In this document: one piece after another, positions 1-6,542 of the stretch
Numbering within the stretch: position 1 is the first letter of the stretch
Layout of the letters: each line of letters begins with the position of its first letter
IMG/VR virus record: IMGVR_UViG_3300032323_000817
From: an uncultured virus (IMG/VR IMGVR_UViG_3300032323_000817)
Lineage: Duplodnaviria; Heunggongvirae; Uroviricota; Caudoviricetes
DNA: 64,000 nucleotides
Strand: one strand, 5' to 3'
Position numbers and translations under genes: made by a program
The notes under the pieces: generated by a model
What the model saw: only the letters and a program-made list of their open reading frames with translations
The model's database searches: none
Told to the model about the DNA's origin: nothing

Positions 1-14
1 TAATCCATAATATC

Positions 15-335
15 ATGTCAGAAGAACAAGAAGAAGGCGTAATGTCAGCTACTAAGAAAGCTATCATTGGCGCAATCACCACTGCTGTAACTGCAGGAGG
101 TGCATGGTTCGCTACCCACTTAGGTGGAGGCGAAGAATCTAAAGAAGAAGCTAAAACAGAACAGAGTGCTGCTCCTGTGATTAACTTGAATCTAGAGAAC
201 AACAACACTAACCAGCAGAAACAATCTAGTGGTGGAACTACTACTATCATCAAAGAGAGAACAGTAGAGAAACCTGCAGCTCAACCTGCTGCTCCTGCAA
301 CTAAACCACAAGCTGATGAGGAAGATCCCTGGTAA
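15..335 (+). CDS. Small single-pass membrane protein with low-complexity C-terminus
   Basis: Hydrophobic segment AIIGAITTAVTAGGAWFA followed by an E/N/Q/P-rich tail; overlaps the start of the next ORF. Confidence 0.7.
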   Translation: MSEEQEEGVMSATKKAIIGAITTAVTAGGAWFATHLGGGEESKEEAKTEQSAAPVINLNLENNNTNQQKQSSGGTTTIIKERTVEKPAAQPAAPATKPQADEEDPW

Positions 336-1023
336 GTGGTTTAATAAGTTCATGGCTCTTGTAGTCTTGACCTTGGCAGGTTGTGGTTCTATGAAGACTA
401 CTACCGAAGAAGATAAAGTGGAGGTGAAAGACATCTCCACTGTATCTAATTATAGTGATTCTATTAAAAAAACAGTACAAGTGGTAAGCGTAGATATGAC
501 CAAGGTACTTGCTCTTTATCCTGCTCTTCAGGAAAAGAACGTAGGTCTTGGATTTGCAGAATCTGTTTTGGATTATTTGGATGAAACAAACAGATTTATA
601 TTTACGGAAGAAAAATCAGAGATCAAAGAAAGAATGGTCACTCAATTCAAAGCATCAAAGAAAGGCGTATTCGATGAGCCTATTGATGGTAAAGGTAAGA
701 TTAAGCCTGCTCATTACTTTGTGTATGTTACTGTGGCTGATTTTGCTGTTGATGAAGACGAGCAAGTTGATGGCCTTAAGTCAAAAGTTGTTGTCACTAC
801 CTTCATACGTTTACAAGTTCGTTTTGTGGATGCTAAGACAGGTCAGATTTATATTGGATCTGGCGAAGGAGAGTCGACTAAAACTGGTGAATCATTCTTA
901 AAATCTTTAGATGATATGAAGTTCTCTCAAAGCACAGTAGGTAAAGCTACTCGTAAATCTTTGGAGACCGCTTGTACTAATGTGATTCAAAATCTCATTA
1001 AGTCAGGTGTATTTAAAAACTAA
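316..1023 (+). CDS. Lipoprotein, CsgG/HfaB (curli assembly/TolB-N)-like
   Basis: Lipobox LAG-C (Cys codon 382-384). The segments 'LDETNRFIFTEEK', 'IRLQVRFVDAKTGQIYIGSGEG' and the terminal helix 'VGKATRKSLETAC' resemble the CsgG-family pattern. Confidence 0.65.
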   Translation: MRKIPGKWFNKFMALVVLTLAGCGSMKTTTEEDKVEVKDISTVSNYSDSIKKTVQVVSVDMTKVLALYPALQEKNVGLGFAESVLDYLDETNRFIFTEEKSEIKERMVTQFKASKKGVFDEPIDGKGKIKPAHYFVYVTVADFAVDEDEQVDGLKSKVVVTTFIRLQVRFVDAKTGQIYIGSGEGESTKTGESFLKSLDDMKFSQSTVGKATRKSLETACTNVIQNLIKSGVFKN

Positions 1024-2485
1024 AATACTAATTCTATTTATGATAGCTCTGTCTCTTCGGGGGCAGAGCTTTATTTATTCGTACACAGATCCGTGTACAC
1101 AGGAGTTAAAGTTTATTAACGCAGACATGTCTAGTCCTATAGTAATCGCTTACTACGGACAAGTTAAGACTTTCTCCTATACAGAGTTACAGGATGGAAC
1201 TTTTGATAATTGGATAAATAGTGTATATTTGAAGTATCAAAGTACATCACCCTGTCAAGGAGTTGGAGTAACAACTACAACAACTACCACAACAAATACC
1301 ACCCTAAACATTGTAAGCAATGTTATGAATTTAGGGTCTATTTCAAACGTAGGTAGTGTTAACATAGATGTAGGCTCTAGCACCTCTTCAGGCACAAACA
1401 TAGGAACAACAAAAACCAACAATAACAATGACAATCGAACTAGCTCTCGGAATCGTACTAGCAGTAGCTCTAGTGGTTCTAATTCTTCTGGCCAATCGTC
1501 AGGAGAAAATGGAAAATCAAATGATGGAGGAAACTCATCAGAAAATCAAAGTGGGTCTTCATCCAACTCCAACGGAAGTTCCAGTGGAGAAGGCAGCGGA
1601 GATGGTAATGGAGGAAGCAGTGGCTCCAGCTCCAGCTCCAGTAGTAGTGGAGGAAACTCCAGTGGTAGTGGAAGCAGCGGAAGTAGTGGAAGCTCCGAAG
1701 GTGGTGGAGGAAGCGGTGGTAAAACCGAAGAAAAAACGGAAGTACAAACCGAGAAACCCTCAGAACAAAAAGTAGAAGAAACTAAAACTGAGCAACAAAA
1801 GACTCAGTCTTCTAGTACTGCGAAAGCAGCAAATAAAGCTAAAGCCGAAGTTGCTAAACCTGCGATCTTAGTAACTGGTGATTTAGTTGGTATTCAGACT
1901 AAGTCTGATGGAGCACAAGATGCAAGAGGTACTGCCTCCTTTACAAGAGTGAAAGGAGATGGTACTTCTTCTCTTGGGTTTTCAGCTGACTACATGGTTA
2001 ACGCTAGGATAGGAAATATCTCTTGCGTACGCTCCTGGATAGGAGCAAACAAAAAAGGAAACAAACACATAAGTGTTGTATCTGATGGACTTAGCGTAAT
2101 GCCTAAGTCAATGTCAAACACTCTTCTATTTGTAAGAGTTAATTCAGTTAAAAACTTCACAGCTCTCTATGGAGCAGCAGGAACCTATGGTAAGTTATTC
2201 GGAGAAGAAATGATTTCTACAATTGCCATAGGAGGTTTTATGTACAAAGGTAAACTTACCAAACACATAGACGCTACAGTTATTATGGCTGGTATTTATT
2301 CTCCGTACTCTAAGTATTACACAGAATCTATATTCGAAGCTAAGCCTATTGTGATTCCTTTCTTTAATTTTACCTACAAGATGACCAAGACTTTTGGCTT
2401 AGGTATTACTGGAGGAGGAACTTATGTAGCAGGTCAGGACATTCTCAACTTTCAAATCTTAATGGGAGCAAAGCTATTGATATGA
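1007..2485 (+). CDS. Secreted protein with long Ser/Gly/Asn linker and probable C-terminal outer-membrane beta-barrel
   Basis: Signal peptide, small N-terminal domain with a Cys pair, ~110-aa S/G/N-rich tract (~1380-1720), then alternating amphipathic strands ending LNFQILMGAKLLI. Confidence 0.6.
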   Translation: MYLKTKILILFMIALSLRGQSFIYSYTDPCTQELKFINADMSSPIVIAYYGQVKTFSYTELQDGTFDNWINSVYLKYQSTSPCQGVGVTTTTTTTTNTTLNIVSNVMNLGSISNVGSVNIDVGSSTSSGTNIGTTKTNNNNDNRTSSRNRTSSSSSGSNSSGQSSGENGKSNDGGNSSENQSGSSSNSNGSSSGEGSGDGNGGSSGSSSSSSSSGGNSSGSGSSGSSGSSEGGGGSGGKTEEKTEVQTEKPSEQKVEETKTEQQKTQSSSTAKAANKAKAEVAKPAILVTGDLVGIQTKSDGAQDARGTASFTRVKGDGTSSLGFSADYMVNARIGNISCVRSWIGANKKGNKHISVVSDGLSVMPKSMSNTLLFVRVNSVKNFTALYGAAGTYGKLFGEEMISTIAIGGFMYKGKLTKHIDATVIMAGIYSPYSKYYTESIFEAKPIVIPFFNFTYKMTKTFGLGITGGGTYVAGQDILNFQILMGAKLLI

Positions 2486-3465
2486 GGTGGGTTATTGTTC
2501 TATTCTTCTTTATGAACGCACTGAGTGCACAATTTACTTATTCTGGGTACTTGTATAACGCAAATGGTTCTGGTGCCTCTAATGTGGCTGTAAGGCTTTA
2601 TAGAAGAACAAACTCTACTATATCAGGATTTACCAATCAACAAAACTACAACGGACACTCTTATTACCGTTCTACAGGAAGTGCTACGTGGACTACTGCT
2701 AGATCTAATTGCGCAGCTATGGGTGGTTATCTAGTAACTATTACAAGTTCAGCTGAACAAAGTTTTATATTTAATATTTGGCCTTCTGGTTGGATAGGGC
2801 TCACAGATGAAGTAAGTGAAGGGACTTGGAGATGGGTGACAGGAGAAACTTACTCTTATAAAAACTGGAACTCTGGAGAACCTAATAACGCAGGTAACGA
2901 AGACTACGTTCAATTTGTATCTAATGGTAAATGGAATGACTTACCTAACAATGTTTCATTACCCTACGTGTTAGAGTTTGACTATGTAGTAACTACTTCT
3001 TCTTGGGCACTCTACAAAACTATCTATACTAACTCTTCGGGTTACTATTCTATCTCTGAAGCTTACGATCCCTCTAAAGAATATTACATTGAGATAGTAG
3101 CACCTACTAGAGTTCAGGCTTACACTAACACAGACATCCAAGCAGTCTCTAACATCATCTTAGGAAAAACTACAATCAACGGACTTTCCTACCACAGATT
3201 TGATCTAAACGATGATGGAAGAATAAACATAGCAGACAAGTATTATGTAGCTGCAAGGAAGGCTGGTAGATTTTCTAAATGGAGAATAGCACCTGACGTA
3301 AGAATCTTTACTACAGCTCAATATAATGCTATAGTGTCCTCTAAAGTGAACACACGTGTAACTTATCCTGGAGTCTCTACACACACAACAACTACTCTAA
3401 CTACAGGAGGAACTTTAAATTTATATTTGATAGCTCCTGGCTATGCTGGAGCAGTAACTTATTAA
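2482..3465 (+). CDS. Secreted C-type lectin-domain protein with dockerin/EF-hand-like motif
   Basis: Signal peptide; CTLD motifs YNGHSYY, W..AR..C...GGYLVTI, WIGL, W..GEPNN, WND; Ca-loop-like DLNDDGRINIAD. Confidence 0.85.
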   Translation: MRWVIVLFFFMNALSAQFTYSGYLYNANGSGASNVAVRLYRRTNSTISGFTNQQNYNGHSYYRSTGSATWTTARSNCAAMGGYLVTITSSAEQSFIFNIWPSGWIGLTDEVSEGTWRWVTGETYSYKNWNSGEPNNAGNEDYVQFVSNGKWNDLPNNVSLPYVLEFDYVVTTSSWALYKTIYTNSSGYYSISEAYDPSKEYYIEIVAPTRVQAYTNTDIQAVSNIILGKTTINGLSYHRFDLNDDGRINIADKYYVAARKAGRFSKWRIAPDVRIFTTAQYNAIVSSKVNTRVTYPGVSTHTTTTLTTGGTLNLYLIAPGYAGAVTY

Positions 3466-3467
3466 TC

Positions 3468-3914
3468 ATGAAAAAACTATTTATACTTTCGTTTCTAGTC
3501 ACTATGATGACTTCTCTGAGTGCTCAATGTTATAAAGTTGACACTGTAACATCAATTGCTTCTGTAACAGAAATAGGAGGAAGACCTATAATCTTTGGAG
3601 CACAAACAACTCTAGAAGAAATCGCTTCTTCAAAGTACCAACTATGTAATGAGGGCAGTCCTATTTCAGGAACAATCAAATCCATTGCTATGCCTGAAGA
3701 ACTCTTAAATATCGTAGGGTTACAATTTCTCAAGAGAGACTATATTGTAGTTACTGAGATAAATCTAAATGGAGTAATTGTTCTTGGAGAGGCTAAAAAG
3801 ACTGTCTATGTTAATGCTATGTTTGTTTCTGTAGAAGGTATTCCTCATAACAGAAAAGCTTATTCTAAGGCATTAGAGAAGTCTTTTAAGAATGGATTTG
3901 AAAATTTGAAATAG
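3468..3914 (+). CDS. Secreted hypothetical protein
   Basis: Signal peptide MKKLFILSFLVTMMTSLSA-Q; last gene of the coupled envelope cluster. Confidence 0.7.
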   Translation: MKKLFILSFLVTMMTSLSAQCYKVDTVTSIASVTEIGGRPIIFGAQTTLEEIASSKYQLCNEGSPISGTIKSIAMPEELLNIVGLQFLKRDYIVVTEINLNGVIVLGEAKKTVYVNAMFVSVEGIPHNRKAYSKALEKSFKNGFENLK

Positions 3915-3923
3915 TTTTTGTTC

Positions 3924-4205
3924 CTTCTCATTCTGAGAAGTAGTCTATTTTGACTTTCTATTCTAACTTATATTGCAGCAGTTTTTAACCAAATAGCTCT
4001 CGGAGAATCCCTCTGAGCTAAGTCTCTGTTCTGTCCACTTATTGCCTACGGTCTATTACTTGTAGGTCAGAGCACTGCAAACTTCGTTAGAACATTTTGA
4101 CACTATCGGAGAAAACCAATTTCACCTCTGAGGGCTACTCTCACAATCCAACTTCTAGCAGATTACTTTTTAATCCTCGTCTGCGAACATTAAGAAATGG
4201 TGTCG
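3924..4205. ncRNA. Putative structured non-coding RNA or DNA element
   Basis: No ORF of 60 aa or more. Nested stems: TTCTAAC 3961-67/GTTAGAA 4086-92; TTGCAG 3973-78/CTGCAA 4075-80; TAGCTC 3994-99/GAGCTA 4015-20; CTCTG 4024-28/CAGAG 4068-72; CCTAC 4045-49/GTAGG 4062-66; GACACTAT 4099-4106/ATGGTGTC 4197-4204; GCAGA 4158-62/TCTGC 4180-84. Confidence 0.55.
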
Positions 4206-4211
4206 GGGTAA

Positions 4212-4219
4212 CAAATATA
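4212..4219 (-). promoter_or_regulatory. Possible Bacteroidota -7 promoter element pointing into the structured element
   Basis: CAAATATA on + is TATATTTG on - (TAnnTTTG); no good -33 TTG. Confidence 0.4.
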
Positions 4220-4280
4220 AAGTGACTTACTGGTAAGTAGACATGCATGTTGAAAATTTGTGAAAGAATTCTTGCTTAAC

Positions 4281-4553
4281 TTAAAGTCCAGCTACATTCT
4301 GAGCATGCATGTAATCTGTTTGTTGCATAGGTTGATCATCTCCTAGAATAGACTCTAGAGCATAGTCGATGTAATCAAACAACATCTCTTCTGTGTACTT
4401 CTTTCTATAGGTAAAGTCTTTGAAGCCTTGGTACAAAGCATCTTTAAATCCTCCTATATCTCCTGCTATCTTGACCTCTTCATCCTGCAAGGCTAAAAGG
4501 AAGAACTCAAACACTTCTTCCGAGGTCGGTTTTTTAACTTTTTCCATTGACAT
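4281..4553 (-). CDS. Small acidic hypothetical protein
   Basis: 90-aa ORF with its own TATATTTG element just upstream on the - strand. Confidence 0.7.
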   Translation of the reverse strand: MSMEKVKKPTSEEVFEFFLLALQDEEVKIAGDIGGFKDALYQGFKDFTYRKKYTEEMLFDYIDYALESILGDDQPMQQTDYMHAQNVAGL

Positions 4554-4571
4554 AGCAGTATCTGTTTAATA

Positions 4572-4579
4572 CAAATATA
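4572..4579 (-). promoter_or_regulatory. Bacteroidota -7 promoter element (leftward)
   Basis: TATATTTG on the - strand, 18 nt upstream of ORF 4281-4553. Confidence 0.55.
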
Positions 4580-4709
4580 CTCTTAAATCTAGTTTTGTCT
4601 ATAGTGTTCATCTAAATCCAATCTGAACATAAAATAATTATCTAAGTTAGAAATTAGATTAACATGGCTAACATTTGATATTAGAAAGCCCCCTAGACTT
4701 AACATTAGA

Positions 4710-4740
4710 CTTGACTTTTTTTGTTACAATCGTATATTTG
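4710..4740 (+). promoter_or_regulatory. Promoter CTTG-N19-TATATTTG for the packaging/structural operon
   Basis: CTTGAC 4710-15 and TATATTTG 4733-40 match the Bacteroidota -33/-7 architecture. Confidence 0.75.
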
Positions 4741-4764
4741 TTTATCCAAAAATAAACCAAACCA

Positions 4765-5103
4765 ATGAAAGTAGCACGTAAATACGAGGAAGGAGTCAAG
4801 TTGCATCAAGCTTATATTGATGTATTACTTAGGCTTGCAGGGTATAGGTTATCAGACCTGTACACTAGTATCTTAGCCCATAGTTCATTTTACGGCACAT
4901 TAGACAAAGGAGTAAAAGAAAGAATTGCAAGTGAGTTTGACACATCAATCCAAGTTATCTCTAACGGAATAACTAAGTTAAGAAAGATGGGCATCTTAGA
5001 AAAAAACTCAGTCAACCCAAGACTGTGTCCTACTAGCAAGCAAGGTGTCACACTCACTTTAGTTCTTTCTACAAATAAACTAGAAGTAGCAGTTCCTGCA
5101 TGA
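4765..5103 (+). CDS. Winged-HTH DNA-binding protein (RepL-like position)
   Basis: KERIASEFDTSIQVISNGITKLRKMGIL looks like an HTH; lies upstream of terminase as in crAss-like phages. Confidence 0.55.
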   Translation: MKVARKYEEGVKLHQAYIDVLLRLAGYRLSDLYTSILAHSSFYGTLDKGVKERIASEFDTSIQVISNGITKLRKMGILEKNSVNPRLCPTSKQGVTLTLVLSTNKLEVAVPA

Positions 5104-5654
5104 GAGCAAGAAAAGATACATACGAAACCATCGAGATAAAGACTTTTGCTGCCTACTCAGACGTAGCTAAGGAAATGGATCTTACTATCGACAAGGTAAG
5201 TACTGTCTATGAGTGGTATCTAAAAAAGACCATTGAAGACATAGTAGAACTACCTACAGTAAAAGTAAGATTGTCTGGTTTAGGTGTTTTAGTATTTAGT
5301 CCTAGAAGAGCTATGAAGTTAATCTCTAAGAAACTTAAGTCCGAATACCTTCTGACTTTAGAACCTAGAGAAGACCTAACAGCAATGAGAGGTTATGCTA
5401 ACTACTACATGCTTGAGAACTGGCTTCAACTATTTAAAGCAAGATACGAAAGAGCAAAGTCCAAAAAATTATACAACGATGTATTAGTAACCTACATGGA
5501 CAGAACCTATGAATCCCAAGTAATAAACCACCAGAAACTATATGAATCCTTACAAAGAGTACATGGCCCTGAGCCTGAAGGGGCTAAAGAATTTGAACAA
5601 AGTATTGGAGGGAGTAGCGACGAAGACAGCCAACCAATTCAAACTACTGAGTGA
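5100..5654 (+). CDS. HU/IHF-like DNA-binding protein
   Basis: Helical N-terminus plus 'KVRLSGLGVLVFSPR' HU/IHF beta-arm signature. Confidence 0.5.
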   Translation: MRARKDTYETIEIKTFAAYSDVAKEMDLTIDKVSTVYEWYLKKTIEDIVELPTVKVRLSGLGVLVFSPRRAMKLISKKLKSEYLLTLEPREDLTAMRGYANYYMLENWLQLFKARYERAKSKKLYNDVLVTYMDRTYESQVINHQKLYESLQRVHGPEPEGAKEFEQSIGGSSDEDSQPIQTTE

Positions 5655-5919
5655 TGAAAAACAGAACATTATCGCAGAGCGAATGGACATTTGTATCGCT
5701 TGTCCCTACAATTCAGCAAACGCAATCACTTCTCCCGAATATGTACAACTCACGGGCAAGCACTACGAGACTAGTAGAGACGAACTTCACTGTTCGTTTT
5801 GTGGCTGCGTCTGTACCTACAAAACAGCATCTCTATCTTCGAATTGTGGAGTAGAGACTTGGAATGCAGAACATCCTTTACATAAAATAGAATTAAAATG
5901 GAAAAGCACAGAAAAGTAA
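5542..5919 (+). CDS. Cys-rich putative Zn-binding protein
   Basis: RMDICIACP ... CSFCGCVC ... SNC ... W. Confidence 0.7.
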   Translation: MNPYKEYMALSLKGLKNLNKVLEGVATKTANQFKLLSDEKQNIIAERMDICIACPYNSANAITSPEYVQLTGKHYETSRDELHCSFCGCVCTYKTASLSSNCGVETWNAEHPLHKIELKWKSTEK

Positions 5920-6026
5920 CCATTAAGAATGGTTGCGACAAAAGACCAGGTAGCAAGTGTGGAGTTCAGATCTACTTCTTGCCAGCCGACAAACCTCTAA
6001 CACAGGTTTCCTCTAAAGCAAAATAA
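5898..6026 (+). CDS. Small 42-aa hypothetical protein (absent from the ORF track)
   Basis: MEKHRKVTIKNGCDKRPGSKCGVQIYFLPADKPLTQVSSKAK*; fills the gap between neighbouring genes. Confidence 0.45.
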   Translation: MEKHRKVTIKNGCDKRPGSKCGVQIYFLPADKPLTQVSSKAK

Positions 6027-6027
6027 G

Positions 6028-6234
6028 ATGACAGACAACCAACCAAATACCAGTCAACCTTATGTGAACTTTACTTTGCAAGATAACTTATTCGAGACGT
6101 TTAAGATATTTTGGAAAGCAGGGTTTTCTTACAGTAAAACAGGTAGAGACGAAGACTTCTACGCACGTGTGCTAGAAGATATTATGAATTTACCTCAAGA
6201 TGAATTTCTAAAAAAATACTCAGATGGCCGTTAA
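6028..6234 (+). CDS. Hypothetical protein
   Basis: 68-aa ORF overlapping the next gene. Confidence 0.6.
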   Translation: MTDNQPNTSQPYVNFTLQDNLFETFKIFWKAGFSYSKTGRDEDFYARVLEDIMNLPQDEFLKKYSDGR

Positions 6235-6541
6235 GAAGAATAGTTATGTAGATTTTGAGTTAGAGTGGTTGCAGGAAAAAGCAGACCAACTAAAAACGTA
6301 TGTAGACAATAATCCTTTTCACGAGTTAGTCGACAGACTTGCTTGGAAATCTACCGCTAATGGTGGACAGATGCCTTTGGTAGTAGCAACTATTGAGGCA
6401 CAGATAAAGTCCCTTACTCAAGCGTTAAAAGATTACGCTCAAATTATTGAGGTAATAGATAAACTGAGAGAGAAAGAAGAGCAAAAAGCAGAAGCTAGAG
6501 GTTCTCAAGAGATCAACGGTAAGATGAAACAATTCAATTGA
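6224..6541 (+). CDS. Helical protein, candidate terminase small subunit
   Basis: Coiled-coil 105-aa ORF ending 1 nt before terL, with C-terminal 'EARGSQE'; call is positional. Confidence 0.45.
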   Translation: MAVKKNSYVDFELEWLQEKADQLKTYVDNNPFHELVDRLAWKSTANGGQMPLVVATIEAQIKSLTQALKDYAQIIEVIDKLREKEEQKAEARGSQEINGKMKQFN

Positions 6542-6542
6542 T

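Noticed and set aside
548..1775. Alternative-frame + strand ORFs 548-901 and 1428-1775
   Set aside because: Fully nested in better-supported genes; 1428-1775 arises from the low-complexity linker
1007..2485. Curlin (CsgA/CsgB) subunit next to the CsgG-like gene
   Set aside because: The S/G/N tract lacks the regular Q-x-G-x-x-N curlin repeat
3924..4205. tRNA, tmRNA, hammerhead ribozyme or group I intron
   Set aside because: No T-loop GTTCRA or CCA end, no CUGAnGA/GAAA core, and the element does not interrupt a gene
4226..4250. Short palindromes CTTACTGGTAAG and ACATGCATGT
   Set aside because: Too short to distinguish from chance without conservation data
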